Shown: positions 12,544-27,554, counted from the stretch's first letter. The stretch is DNA of 64,000 nt from Octopus vulgaris (GCA_951406725.2 OX597827.1:53382001-53446000), one strand, 5' to 3'. The notes: generated by a model from the sequence alone, not told the origin. Made by a program: numbers and translations.

Positions 12544-12930
12544 TACAGGGTAAATGTTTTTTAAATTTTCTCCTGGTTTACTGAATTAACTTTTATTTGC
12601 GGTTGAAGCTTTGGCTGTTATTTCTAGTGGGTGAATGGCCTATTATGGCCGTTCCTTTATTGTTGATGTTGAACTTAAAAATGGTCTTTGACTATTTTAA
12701 TTTTTTCCTACTAGGCCGCTGGTGGCAAAAGAATTCTACAAAATTTTTTTTTGCCACCCTATATTGATTAATTATGAATTTTCTGGTTAATTCCGTAATG
12801 GAATCGACGGCTTATATTTATTTGCTGCCGATAAATTTGGCGCGAGTGCGACGATTTGAAAATTTTAGGTCAGATATTAACTTGGCAACGTCGGAAATGC
12901 CTCGTGAAAATATCTGTTCCGTCTTGGGCT

Positions 12931-13037
12931 ATTTCTTACTGAAGAATCTGAGGGCCTGTGGAAGATTGGCTTGATTTAATTTAATCAGGTTAGTTTACCA
13001 TTAATCAGCAGATGAAACGGTATATCGTATAAGAAAT
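12931..13037 (+). ncRNA. Type I hammerhead ribozyme
   Basis: Same sequence as 11942-12048; predicted cleavage after 13029. Confidence 0.9.
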
Positions 13038-13257
13038 TACAGGGTAAATGTTTTTTAAATTTTCTCCTGGTTTACTGAATTAACTTTTATTTGCGGTTGA
13101 AGCTTTGGCTGTTATTTCTAGTGGGTGAATGGCCTATTATGGCCGTTCCTTTATTGTTGATGTATATATATATATATGTATATATATGTATATATATATA
13201 TGTATATATATATATGTATATATATATATATGTATATATATATATGTATATATATAT

Positions 13258-13486
13258 ATTTCTTTACTACCCACAAGGGGCTAACCACAGAGAGGACAAA
13301 CAAGGACAGACAAAGGGATTTAGTCGATTACATCGACCCCAGACGTAAATGGTACTTAATTTATCGACCCCGAAAGAATGAAAGGCAAAGTCGACCTCGG
13401 CGGAATTTGAACTCAGAACGTAACGGCAGACGAAATATGGCTACGTATTTCGCCCGGCGTGCTAACGTTTCTGCCAGCTCGCCGCC
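13258..13486 (-). mobile_element. tRNA-derived SINE (family A)
   Basis: Minus strand reads GGCGGCGAGCTGGCAGAAACGTTAGCACG...GAGTTCAAATTCCGCC (A/B-box-like); many copies in the window. Confidence 0.9.
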
Positions 13487-13494
13487 TGTATATG

Positions 13495-13598
<104 letters not shown>

Positions 13599-13765
13599 AC
13601 CTCGTGAGTACCGTTGGCGATTTTTTTCCTCTGTTTCCCTTCTCAGGATCTTTCCTTCTCCTATGTTTCCGACAAAGAGCTCCTGAGCGTCCAATAATAC
13701 TTTATTTGTTCCACGTCCTCACGTTGTTGTGCTTTTTGTTTTTTTTTGTGTTTTCTTGTTTGGAT

Positions 13766-13805
<40 letters not shown>

Positions 13806-13806
<1 letters not shown>

Positions 13807-13960
13807 GACGGGCCTCTTTCAGTTTCCGTCTACCAAATCCAATCACAAGGCTTTGGTCGGCTCGAGGCTATAGTAGAAGACACTTGGCCAAGGTTCTACG
13901 CAGTGGGACTGAACCCGGAACCATGTGACTCGTAAGCAAGCTACTTACCACACAGCCAAT
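13806..13960 (-). mobile_element. SINE family B, 5' tRNA-like head
   Basis: Minus strand GGCTGTGTGGTAAG...GGTTCAGTCCC; matches 31060-31222. Confidence 0.8.
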
Positions 13961-14023
13961 ACCTTAAACTGTTTCTCAGAAACAAGGTGTTTTAAACAAT
14001 CGTCAAAATTTCCTCGAACACCT

Positions 14024-14071
<48 letters not shown>

Positions 14072-14259
14072 TGTGTGTGTGTGTGTGTGTATGCATAATC
14101 AAGTACACACGCACGCACGTGCCCCCACCCACAGTATTCATGCTAAATATGATGACTTTTATGTCTTCTTTTTTGTGGGGAGGAATTGGCTGATGTATTG
14201 GTGAACTGTCAACAGCGTTGCATGTCATAATAATTAAAACTGTAGATGACAAAAAAAGT

Positions 14260-14650
14260 TAGCTGACATGGAAGACTGTAAGCTATCTGAATATTGGAAA
14301 AGAGTTACCCGTGTAATGTTGTTCGCTCTGTATCAAGATGCCGACAACACGACTGCTGCTCAATGCTCTGTGAACACTGCAAAGACAGTAAGACGTGATA
14401 TGGACAACACTAATGAAGTATCAATGAAGGCAGGAGTAGTAGTTGTTTGAGAATTTCTACGACTTACCTGACCCCTTTTTCTGGCCACCTAATTGCCCCG
14501 AGTGTAATCCCCTGAATTACTGTCTGTGGGGTGCGGTTGAGAAAGACACCAACTGCTCTGCTTGCAACACTAAGGCTGAACTGGTTGTCAAATTCCGCAG
14601 CTGTCTTCAGGTTGGAACTTAGAAGCTAAGGCTGACTACTTTGAGTAAAC
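14260..14650 (+). mobile_element. Tc1-like transposase remnant
   Basis: Degenerate WPPNCPECNPLNYCLWG (SPDLNPLDY-like) at about 14482-14532. Confidence 0.5.
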
Positions 14651-14754
14651 TGTTATCTAGCAGCCATAATCTTGTTGTCGATATTTTTTGATTTTGTTTT
14701 GAAATATTCCTATTTTTGGATGGCATATTTTGTTTACTTTTCCTTTCATGCACA

Positions 14755-15149
14755 TTGGTTTCAAATTTTGGCACAAGGCCAGCAATTTCGGGGGAGGGAG
14801 ATAGGTCGATAACATCAGCCACAGTGCTCAACTGATAATTATTGTCCCTGGAAGGATGAAAAAGCAAAATCAAACTCGGTGAAATTTAAACTCAGAACGT
14901 AGCGACAGACGAAATACCTATTTCTTTACTACCCACAAAGGGCTAAACACAGAGAGGACAAACAAGGACAGACAAACGGATTAAGCTGATTATATCGACC
15001 CCAGTGCGTAACTGGTACTTATTTAATCGACCCCGAAAGGATGAAAGGCAAGGTCGACCTCGGCGGAATTTGAACTCGGAACGTAGCGGCAGACGAAATA
15101 CCGCTAAGCATTTCGCTCGGCGTGCTAACGATTCTGCCAGCTCGCCGCC
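14755..15149 (-). mobile_element. Two adjacent family A SINE copies
   Basis: Full copy at 14917-15149 and a partial, diverged copy at 14755-14916. Confidence 0.85.
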
Positions 15150-15151
15150 TG

Positions 15152-15184
<33 letters not shown>

Positions 15185-15539
15185 TTAAAAGTCTTTGTCA
15201 AAATTACAGTTTTACTAAGTATAAAAAAGATTTTTTTTAAAATTATTTTTAAAAAGTTGCAAATTCTTTGTTTGAACGTAACTAACCTTTTGGGAAGTTT
15301 CTTTCCAGTGTGTGTGAGCACTTTGGATTATCTTTTCAAAAGGAAAAACGTGGTCTTGAATAATGTATGAAAGAGGAAGCTGTTACTTTTGTAGTAGTGG
15401 TAGTGTTAACTATTTCCGGTTTATTTTCGGACTTAGGGTTTTCTTTTGTCTTTCATAGTTAATCATTTTTATCTAATATTTTGTAAAAAAGGAATATGTA
15501 AATATGCCTTCACCATTATTTATTATATGAAGTGTTGAC

Positions 15540-17090
15540 TATTTTCGGTTTACTTTAGGATTTAGAATTCTTATAAAGTATTCTTCTTTTGCCTTTCGTA
15601 GTTGATCAGTTTCGTTGTTTATTCTGTAAAATGGGAATATCTTTAATTTTCTATTTGCACAAATATCTAGATGTTCACTGCATGAGACATTCCTAAGGGG
15701 GAGTCCTTAATTTGTTATTTATACATATTTATATGACTGGTCAGTTTCCTTCCTGTCTCCTCAAAGTAAATTTCATTGCATTGTGGGCATTTGATGCAGT
15801 AGATGAGGGTTTTTTGTTTTGCAATTCATGTTTGCATTCATTTAATTCCTTCCCATTCTTGAACCTTTTGGTTGTTCCTTGCTCAATTAATTCACATGTT
15901 CCACAACGGGGGTCTTCACAGTTGGTTACTTGCATCATTTCTCTTTCAAATGTGAATCTCGCCTCTGTAAGAAGTCTCTTGAGGTTTGGTGGCTATCTTC
16001 GACTGTTGATAATTTGTGATTTTTTAATTACGTGTTGGAGATTTGGTAATTGATGTAGAATCAGGAGGTATTATTTGGCTGAGTGTAGGATGTTGCGTTT
16101 TCTAGGACTGTGGGTAACCACAAATGGAATATCAGTATTTTTGTTTTCACACCTGAGTGTTTCTTCGTAAGGTAGAGATCAAGATTTTCTTTGCTTTTGT
16201 TATGACATGTTGAATTAGCTTGTTGGGGTATTTTGTTTCCGAAGGAATGTATTAATGGTATCTGTGACTATTGAGCATATGCGCTTCGCCATATTAAACG
16301 GTAAGTTCCTTTTTGTATGGGAAGGGTGGTAAGATCTAAAATCTAAATATTGGTGCGTACCTGTATTCTTGTAGTAGAGATCAGTCGTAACTGCCCCATT
16401 TTCTTTAATTATCAGAATATCTAGAAAGAGGAGTTCCTTTTCATTTATTTCCATAGTGAATTGGACTGAGATATGAATGCTATTTATTAATTTAAGAAAT
16501 TTTGTGAAGCCCTCCTTACTTGGGTTCCAAAATATGAAGCAGTCATCTCAGAATCTTTTCCAGTTTCTTATATGATAGGTTTGAAAGTGGTGTTCAAAAG
16601 CAGTTCTGGACAGGGTGTATATTGTTTCTTCTATGTATTCTATTACTAGTATGGCAAAACTTGGTGCGACTTTCGTTCCCATTGTTGTGCCTTGTATTTG
16701 TAGACAAAATTGATTATCAAAGTAGAAGTAGTTGTTTTCCAGTACTATCCGTAAACCTTCAAGTATGAATTCTTTTGAGAATCTCTCCAGATTTCTTTGT
16801 GGGTGTTTGCTTATCCAGAATTCTACTACTTTTAGCTCGTATACATGAGGGGTATTTGTGTAGAGACTAGTTACGTCAAAGGAAATTAGTCCTATCTCTT
16901 TATCTACCCATTCTGTGATATAGTTTAAGAAGTTCATGTCATCTCCGATGAAACTAGGAACCAATCTGCATAAAGGTTTTAAAATTATGTCGAGTAAATT
17001 GCTTTATCTTTGGGTGCTGGATGATGGTCCTGCAACAATCGGATGCAACTTGAGATTAGTTAATTTAGGAATCTCTATATATGGAGCCTA
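15540..17090 (-). pseudogene. Decayed Penelope-like RT, related to the element at 32031-37999
   Basis: LISFDVTSLYTN, QGTTMGTKVAPSFA, NWKRF*DDCF, LLFLDILI, TDLYYKNT and a Cys-rich CEDPRCGTC parallel ORF 34681-36747, with stops and frameshifts. Confidence 0.9.
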
Positions 17091-17737
17091 TATTGTATTG
17101 CACACGCATTAGCCCAATCTGACCGAATGTTAAAGTCATCTTCTTTGTAATTATGCACTCTTGGTTTAGGTCGCATTGCGTCACGTCTTGATGAAATGAT
17201 CCATGCTGTGCAAATTACACTCGGTAGACAGAAACTGCGCAGGAAGGTACATACTCTGTGATACTGATTTTGACTGTGGAATGTCTGTGGAATTACCTTA
17301 CATTCAGGAGAAGGTGATTCAGTTTATCAAGCAACTTAATCCTTCTCGTCGAACGAGGAAAAAGCTACCACACACACGGGCACACGCACGCACGTACACA
17401 AGCATACATATAGACGCGCGCGCGCGCAGAATTATTTCAAACTTACGATCAAATGCTCGGAGTTGCGAACATGTTATGTATGATATGTATGATTTCGAGA
17501 TCAATCCCAACTAATATACGGAAACCGTGAGGAAGTACGTGTTAATCATGCATACGTATATTCGTACACATATACAGACACATATGTTTGCATGTCTAGG
17601 TGTATGTGTGCGTGCGTTCGCTTGTTTTTGTTTACGTAGAGAACACTGGAGTAAGCTTTACTGGGTTCGATTTGTTCGACGAAAGCAATCAAGAGTGTGC
17701 CTCTGCATGGCCGCAGTCCTTTGACTGAACAAGTAAA

Positions 17738-17809
<72 letters not shown>

Positions 17810-17811
17810 GT

Positions 17812-17858
<47 letters not shown>

Positions 17859-18045
17859 TATTTATATATATATATATATATATATATGCATATATATATA
17901 TATATATATATATGCATATATATATATATATATATGCATATATATATGCATATATATATATATATATATGCATATATATATATGCATATATATATATATA
18001 TATGCATATGTATATATACATATGTATATATACATATGTATATAT

Positions 18046-18089
<44 letters not shown>

Positions 18090-18090
<1 letters not shown>

Positions 18091-18362
18091 GAGGCGCAAT
18101 GGCCCAGTGGTTAGGGCAGCGGACTCGCGGTCGTATGATCGCGGTTTCGATTCCCAGACCGGGCGTTGTGTGTGTTTATTGAGCGAAAACACCCAAAGCT
18201 CCACGGGGCTCCGGCAGGAGGTGGTGGCAATCCTGCTGTACTCTTTCGTCACAACTTTCTCTCACTCTTTCTTCTGTTGGCCTGCTCGCTTAGCCAGCGG
18301 GGTGGCGTCATTTGTGAAAGCACATTGTGACCAGCGATGGTCGGTCACGGTGATCACGGTGA
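18090..18362 (+). mobile_element. tRNA-derived SINE (family C) in (TA)n
   Basis: GGAGGCGCAATGGCCCAGTGGTTAGGGC (A box) and GGTTTCGATTCCC (B box), followed by a non-tRNA body. Confidence 0.75.
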
Positions 18363-18381
18363 TATATATATGTATGTATAA

Positions 18382-18450
<69 letters not shown>

Positions 18451-18486
18451 TATATATGTATATATACATATATTCATATAACATAA

Positions 18487-19865
18487 TCTATGCATGCATA
18501 AACGCAAGTCCTCTGTTTGTGTCAAAGTTGCCGTCTACACTCGTTAACGAATTTTCGTGAAGCTTTGTAAACTTTGTAAACATGAAGCTTTGTAAACATG
18601 TTCAAGTAACATTCAGCTTGTTGCTAGGCTCCTTGAAGTTTAATAAGAGTCTATAATTAGATGGCTAGGGCCCCTGGAAGGGGTTCACATATATAATCAA
18701 TATATTTTCCTTTAAAGCCAAGGGAAACAACCCATTCATTCTCCTAACCAAGGGAAATAACCCATTCATTTTCCTTCTGTGTAAGCTTGCCTTTGGGACA
18801 TATATCTGATTTAATGGAACTAATGAATAAGGTGTTTCCTAATCCGAGGAAGCAGTTTACAGACCACAACTGGCTGAAAACCTGTGCCATTTTAGCTCCA
18901 AAGAATGTGGCAGTTGATGATTTGAACATCAAACTTCTGGAACAGTAGCCTGGTGAGCGTCACATCTACAATTCTATTCACACTGTACTCAACATCGATG
19001 AAGCTGTGAATTATCCAGTTGAATTCTTCAATAGTCTAACACCACCCGATCTGTAATTCCCGTTGAAACTGAGCTTTGCAATGCGATATAACAAGGACAA
19101 GGGACAGTACTTGGATGTGGTATGTCTGAATTTTGCGGAACCAGTTTTCTCCCATGGTCAACTTTATGTGGGATGCTCAAGGGTCGGCAATCCTAAACAT
19201 TTGTTTATTTGTGTCCAACAAGGAAAGACCAAAGATGTTGTTTATCAAGAAGCTCTGCAAACTTAATAAGATTCACCAAATCATCAAATATCTATTATTT
19301 AACTGTAATATTTGTGTTGTAAACATATTGATAATCAACATGTTATTATATTTTTAAATCTATATGTAAATTTATTTGTATGTCTAGTGTAAAACTAAAT
19401 GTCAGTCTGTTTCTACATCCATTGTAAATCTATTTCAACACTATCGTTCTTAAGGGTTATATTCTGTGGGAAAACACAAAAGCCCTTTTCAGAGTTATTT
19501 ACTTTGAATTGGTTTTATCTCATATCCGAACAGCCTGTTATTACGTAACATGCTTCGCGATTTTGGTATACGTAACTTATTGGTATTTCCTTTTTTTCGG
19601 GACCATTTTATTTGAATTCTTACTATCGGGTAACTAGTTTCATGTTATTACGTAACCGACTTCACGATTTGGGTATTCATAACTTATTGGGGTTTCCTAA
19701 AAACAGGATCCTATGTAAGACAGTTCGGTATTGTCTGTTAATGCACAAAAACCGTTTTAAGGGCTACATACTTTGTATTGTTGTTATTGGATTAGCAAAA
19801 CAGTTATGAGAAAGGAACCAACAGATAAGCCCCGCTTTTCTGGAAATTACCGGGTACGTAGCTAG
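18487..19865 (+). mobile_element. Internally deleted Helitron
   Basis: A|TCTATGC 5' end; helicase remnants HNWLKTCAILAPKNVAV, NYPVEFFNSL and VFSHGQLYVGCSRV (18830-19266); 3' ...CCGGGTACGTAGCTAG. Confidence 0.75.
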
Positions 19866-19959
19866 CATAATATAAAATAATATATGATGTAATATAAAAC
19901 ATTCACGAAGAGTTTAATGATTATTCTGTACAACTGCTAAGTTTACTGGGCAGTTGTTA

Positions 19960-21110
19960 TTAGTAATCAGAACTTTTCTCATGGACTGTACAATTAAACA
20001 TCAATGAAAGTCCACAATAAGAAAGTCCACCCTAAGGAAGATATAGAGCAACTTTACCTGCCAGGAAAATAGGGTCACCGTGGATGTTTACAACTGGAAT
20101 TGACAATGAAAATTGCTACAATTGGTCTTACCTGAAAAGCTCTGATGACTGGATATTAAAGCTTGTTTTAAAGCATGTAACAAGAAAACCTCATACTCAG
20201 TAACAAAACGGGCAAAGAAATATCTATGGGAATTCCAAATACAACAAATTCCAGAGTTAGACCTACTAGAAACAAGCGTAGAAAAAGCTAAGTGCATGAA
20301 AACTCTTGCTAAAACTACTGCCTTAGATATTCTTACTGATAAATGGTAAGAAAAGCCTCTCAATAGCAAATGCCCACAGAGAGCAAATAATGCTGATTTT
20401 GACAAAGCCCTTACCCACCAATGAATGATTAGTGTTTTCTGGTTTAAAATCAGTGACAGAAGGGTTTATCTTAGCAGCCCAAGAACAATGCCAATCTACA
20501 AGAAGCTACCAGACCAACATCTTAAAGAGTGGTAGTAGCCTCACATGTAGAGTATATAAACAACAGAATGAAACCATCGATCATGTTGTCTCCAAGTGCA
20601 GTCTTCTTGCGTCTGTAGAGTATCTCAACAGGCATGATAGAGCAGCTCAATATATTCACTGGATAATTTGAAAAGACTTGGGCTTGCCACATGATAAAAA
20701 CTGGTGGAAAAACAGACCATCTCTAGTGCTTGAAAATGAATACATCTTTCTCCTTTGAAACTTTACTATTCAAACTGACAGAATGAGAAATACAAATAGG
20801 CCTGTCATTATATTGAAGGATTTCAGACAAAAATCATACCTCCTCAGTGATATGACTGTCCCAATCAACGTAACTGTTTCTGTTAAGACCTACTAAAATC
20901 TGAACAAGTATAATGATCTTGAAATAGAAATTGGCAAAATGTGGAACATCATGACAAACACTATCTGTTGTTATAGGTGCCCTTCGAATGAGAGCAAAAG
21001 GAACTGACTGCTACCTATCTTAGATATCAGGAAATTCAAAAATGGAAGAAATTCCATAAATAGTGTTCATGGGAACTGCACATACCCTAAGAAAAATATG
21101 TATGTAATCC
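19960..21110 (+). mobile_element. R4/Dong-like non-LTR retrotransposon remnant (zinc knuckle and RLE region)
   Basis: GLKSVTEGFILAAQEQ...CRV...ETIDHVVSKC...YLNRHD, then a degenerate endonuclease region. Confidence 0.75.
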
Positions 21111-21403
21111 ACCCAATTTTTAAATCTGAAAACATTTTATCAAAAGTACTTTTAAATGTACATAATAGCAAATAACTTTTACTGTCATCTTAACATCACA
21201 CTATCATCTTATAATGAAATTACTTTTAAAACAAACTTATAAATTTCTTATGTTTTGATAGACATTCTCCAGAACAATACTCTGTGCAAAATCAAAAATA
21301 TGGCACCCTAGTCATAACACCTGCTTGAACTTCTAACTTGTCTCTTGAGGTCTCTGGGTGAGACTTGGAGTCAACTTGTACAAATACAAAGCAAAAGCCA
21401 AAC

Positions 21404-22551
<1,148 letters not shown>

Positions 22552-22890
22552 GAGCTTAATGTTCAACAATAAACGGTGGTTCGCTCTGAAAAGGACGATT
22601 AGAATAGAATCGATAAGTTTAGCAAAGAACTAGCTATAGAAAGAAACAGCGTAGAGGCAGAGTTAGTCAGGAGGTTAAATGAAAATTTTAGAAAGACATT
22701 GCGACCGATGTGCTCGCAGCAAGATTGACACTCTTCAACGCAAAACACGATGTTTGCATTGTCAGAGCTAAGGCGCTTGCTCTTGGACATGAAGGGATGA
22801 AAGCCGTTCAATGGGCCCAAGTGGAAGAGGCACTGCGTAGCAACAAATCCAGGATTCGATGCTTACTGGACCACAACGGACAAACGGTAA

Positions 22891-24505
22891 CACTGGCCAA
22901 AAATTTTAACTTTTTTTCTAAGTTTGAGATCTGTCTCAGGGTAATTTAGGATCACTGAGTTTAAAAATGGCAATAGTTTTTTTTCTGTCACGTCTTCTTT
23001 TTTCTATGGTCTGGTCCATATTGGCTCCCACCCATAGCCCCATGCTTGAAATGTTTGAATCATTCTGACTTTTTTGTTATATATATGGATTTTTACAACA
23101 CCTAGTCAAAGAATGAACGTTAGTGACATTGTGAAAAGATCCTACTTGGCTTACTTGAAGATTAAAGTTGATGATCAGAATAAATCGTGGACCTGCACAA
23201 TGTATGTAAACCCTATGTCGAAAATCTACGCCAATGGACAAAGGGCACAAGGAAACAGCTAACATTTGACATTTCTATGAGATAATGGGAGCCAAAGAAC
23301 CACGTAGACGATTGCTACTTTTGTCTCACAAAGACTTCTTGTTATAGCAAGAGAACGTGTCAGAAAATAAGTTATTCAAATCTGGATTCAGCAATTCATC
23401 CAGTGCTTCACTCATATGAAATGCCAGTACCCGCTTTCAAGGATCTATCTTCACTGCAAGGTGAAAGTGATATATGTGAAGTAGGTATAAGTCATGAACA
23501 TGTAGACCTTGTAGAAACATCAGGCAAAGGACGTGAAAACTTCAACCAGGCAGCACTTAATAATTTAGTTAGAGACCTAGCACTGTCAAAAAAGTTATCA
23601 GAACTGTTTAGCTTCTAGTCTAAAAGAGAAGAATTTGTTGCAGAAAGAAACAAACGTGACTTTTTATCAGAACAAGGAAAAATATCTCTTAGCATTCTTT
23701 ATAACTGGAAAAGATTTTGTTTACTGTTGTGACGTGGCGGGACTGTTAAACACGATTGGTGTTGAACAGTATCATCCTGGTGCATGGAGACTCTTTACAG
23801 ATAGTTCAAAGAAGAGTCTAGAATGTGTATTACTCTATAATGGAAACTTGTCTGGAGTGCTTCCTATTGGTTAGTCTGTGCACTTAAAATAGAGTTATGA
23901 TCGCATAAAAGTTGTATTAGATTTACTTAAGTATAATTAACACAAATGGGTAATATGTGTAGATCTAAAACTTTTTACTCGGCCAACAAGGAGGGCATAC
24001 AAAATATCCATGTATTCTGTGTTTATGGGATAGCCAAGAGAGGAGACAAACATTGGGAACAAAAACTCTGGCCAGTTAGGAAAAGTTTGACTGTTGTGGG
24101 GAAGAATATCATACACCAACCACTTGTTGAGCGAGAGAAAGTCATGTTTCCACCCCCTCATATTAAACTAGAACTAATGAAGTAATTTGTCAAAGCTCTT
24201 AATGTGGAAGGTAACGATTTCAAATTCATATGTACAACATTTCCTGGATTATGTTATGATAAAATAACGGCTTGTGTTTTTGATGGACCACAAATCAGAA
24301 AGTTAACGAAATGCCAGAATTTCTTGAGCTTGATGGCTGACATAGAAAAAGAACATAGGATTCGTTTGTGACTGTTGTGAAAGGATTTGGCAGTGAAAAG
24401 GCTTAAACTACAAGGATTTGGTGGAGACATTACTTGATAGCTTTCATCTTTTAGGCTGCAAAATGAGTATAAAGCTTCATTTTCTCAATATTCATCTCGA
24501 CGATT
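22891..24505 (+). mobile_element. Decayed DNA transposon, Chapaev3-like (CMC) transposase
   Basis: TAA|CAC start; EPKNHVDDCYFC, WRLFTDSSKKSLECVLLYNGN, PPHIKLELMK, FDGPQIRK, MSIKLHFL. Same family as 57800-59476. The family name is from recall. Confidence 0.6.
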
Positions 24506-24509
24506 AACC

Positions 24510-25360
24510 AAGAAAAGTCAGTGGACTTGTGGATCGGTACCTGGAGAAGCAAGTTTATACCGCCCAACTGCGTCATTGGCCGCTGAACGGATGGACCGAA
24601 TATATTTGCCCGGGGTCTAGTTTGGTCCGGAATTCCAAATAGACAAACACTGGGGCGCGGTAACGAGCAGGGTGACTACTCTTACCCAGAAATGAGCTGA
24701 GAGGAAATTATCCCTGAAAGGTCAGGCAGAGGTGGGTTATACGTACATCGCGCCTGTCATCTACCGCTTGACCGTCGTTCATTCACTCGGCCTCCGTCTG
24801 ATTACATTGGAGCGTGTAATCTTCCGCTTCTTGTAGAAGGGACGCGTTTCGATGGTCAGGCGGTCTATCTGCTATCAACAGCCACTGCGTGGTGGCCTAG
24901 GAATGCCGCGGTTGATGACGCGCAGACATGGGCTAAGGCTACGACATCCTTAACGCTTCCTTGACGGTGAACAGGTGTGGTTGCTGTTTGCCAGATACGT
25001 ATTTCCCGAGCTGGTTTCATTAATGAAGCTTGAGTTCTGGGTCAGACAGAAACTCAGAGAAGGCATTTGAAAAGTGGAATGTCTTCAAGCGCTCCATCGG
25101 CCAGTAGGACACTGCGTTAGATGGAAAATCCACATTAGCGTTCTATATAGGGTTAGTGGAGAGAAAGTGGGACCACGTTCTTTGGAGACCTTGGGCGTCG
25201 AAGAAGACCAACAAGCTACTCTCTTCTGGAGATCTTTCGGCTCAGGACAGATTAATAACTTCCAAAAACCTCTGGCCTAGCAGTACTTCCGGGGAGCTTT
25301 GCCTGTTTGAGATAAACTAAACAGGCACAGAAGTGCCATCAGCCGAACATGTCAGGGGCG
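24510..25360 (+). mobile_element. L1/Tx1-like LINE RT C-terminal remnant
   Basis: Degenerate GV*FGP and RKLSLKGQAEV motifs; a likely upstream piece lies at 22560-22886. Confidence 0.5.
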
Positions 25361-25689
25361 CTCATCTAATGCCCGAGCATTGCTGACCTGTGGGTTAATG
25401 TCGAACACCTGCTGTCGCGTGTGGGACGGATCTGACTATCAACTGAATCCTTCTGTCTGAAGCTATAGTGGAAGACACTTGTCCAAGGTGCCACGTAGTG
25501 GGAGTAATCTCGGAACCATATGGTTTTGGAAGTAAGCTTCTTAGAAAAGTAGAAATAGTAGTTTAAGGTGAAAATAGACGTGTTTGCGGCATACATCACA
25601 TCAACTGGGACCAACTGGGAACTAGAACAGTGAACTTGATTCACTAGGAGCCTTACACCAGGTTAAGTGAGTTCCTCTCTAATAATTCT

Positions 25690-26080
25690 AATTTTTGACA
25701 GAAGGACTGAAATTTTGCTGGAGGGAGGGAGCTAGTCGATTACATCGACCCTAGTGCTCAAGTGGTACTTATGTTATCGACACCAAAACGACGAAAAGCA
25801 AAATTGACCTCGGCGGAATCTGAGGTCAGGACGTAAAGACGGACGAAATGCTGCTAGCCATGAAGTTTGCCAGTAATAATGGCTTCAATCTTTTTGGCAC
25901 AAGGTCAGCAATTTCGGTGGAGGAGCTAAGTCGATTATATGACCCCAGTGCTCAACTGGTACTTATATTATCGACCCCGAGAGGATGAAAGGTAAAGTCG
26001 ACCTCGGCGGAATTTGAACTCAGAACTTTTTCTGGCATGCTAAGGATTTGTGCCAGCTCACAGCCTGGAGTTGATCTGTA
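25690..26080 (-). mobile_element. Tandem diverged family A SINE copies
   Basis: Two TCGACC...GACCTCGGCGGAAT segments. Confidence 0.75.
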
Positions 26081-26628
26081 ATAATAATCTAAAACTTTTG
26101 TACAAGGCGATAGATTCCTAGTAAAGTTGTACTGTCGATTGAATCGATTCCAGTATAACGTTCTCGTTATCCCCTTTTGAGGGATAAAACAGTAACTCAT
26201 TCCCCATCTACCACAGTCTTTAGTATTAGTCTGTGATAAGAATGAACATATCTATTTAAAATATTCATCTATTTAGAAGTACATCTTAAATAAAAGAAAC
26301 AAAACAAAGCAGAGAATAATATAATATTTATTATTAGCAGCGTAGAAATACGTATATAAAAATGTTGCTTCATTCAGTCCTTTAGTTTTTATCCCAGGCC
26401 TTACATTCTATGGTTTACAAGATGAATGCTGGTGTTCCTTATGACCTATTAATTCTATTGAGTGTTGAAATCTACTGTAACATAAAAGACATGTTTGTTT
26501 ATATTACATATAATACTTAAAGTAATATGAAGTAGATATTATTTCTTTAAGTGTACAGGATTTTTCGCACCTGGTCTAGTATTGTGGAAAAGTTTATGTA
26601 TGAATACGTAACTGAAACTTATAAATAA

Positions 26629-27532
26629 CTAGCAGAGATACTCGGTGTTGCTCTGGATTAAAATGGCATAGTTTCTATATATATTATAGTTATGTTGAAA
26701 CAGGTGACACGGGAAAGTGCAGCATTAACGACAAAACATTTGTGGAGTAAATAATGGGATATTTCGACTAAGCGACATATCATGGGTCCGTTTGGAGTAT
26801 TCCAGGCCCTAACTTTTCATGGAAAATTGAGGGTGGGAATATGTGCATGTTTTTGATGATCTTGAGAAAGTCTTATCTCACTTCTCTCTCCAGTTTCTAT
26901 TTGATATGCTGCAGCATGCCTTTGCTGATCTTGAGAAAGTCACATCTTGCTTCTGTCTAGATATTCCATTAATTTAAAGGTAAATATGTAATCATAAATA
27001 CCTTGCAACCTTTCAGCTGCAGCGATAATTATGAACTGATAATTGAACGGTATATGTGTAATTTTATATACTTTGGACTTGCTACCTCATTGTTTTTGTC
27101 AAATGTTTCATCTCCAGCCCTTCGTTATATCAGTCAACACACATACACTGAGACACCATTCCGCTGCCATGGCGGTAAAGATGGAAAGTTGCCGATGCGT
27201 AATGTTATTCACATTAAGGCATAAATTATTCGTTTATTGATCACAGTGAAAGAATAAAGGTATAACAATATTATAGGCTTAGAAGGAAAAGTGAAAGAAT
27301 AAAGTGAAACAATATGATGACATTACAATATAGATCTTATTCTTTCACTTTTGACACGTGATACCGAACTACTTCCAATGTTGTACTGTTTTAATCCAAA
27401 TGAAAAAAAAGATAACAACATATGTTGACACTCACGGGGTCTGATACCTTGTAAAATTTAATTTGATTTGGTCGAGCTCTTTGAGAATGCATAAGCAACA
27501 GACAGACAGACAAAGAATTTTTTATACATAGA
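26629..27532 (-). mobile_element. Non-autonomous Helitron
   Basis: 3' end CTAGCAGAGATACTCGGTGTTGC is nearly identical to the Helitron end at 4997; putative 5' TCTATGTATAAAAAA...GTCTGTCTG at 27532. Confidence 0.6.
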
Positions 27533-27554
27533 CAAGCAAGTCAATTTGTATATT

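Larger units (their letters stand above)
11185..13163 (+). mobile_element. Retrozyme-like array: ~495-bp hammerhead-containing monomers, ~2.85 direct copies plus one inverted copy, in (TA)n
   Basis: Periods of 495 and 494 bp (the same small ORF recurs at 11785, 12280, 12774). Inverted arm 11185-11754. Copies differ at only a few positions. Each monomer carries a hammerhead. Flanked on both sides by TA microsatellite. Confidence 0.85.

Noticed and set aside
11185-13163. CRISPR-like or ordinary satellite interpretation of the array
   Set aside because: No unique spacers, a eukaryotic context, and each unit carries a ribozyme.
18090-18165. Possible tRNA gene
   Set aside because: A and B boxes are present, but there is no convincing acceptor stem and the sequence continues into a SINE body; the same applies to the family A and B heads.
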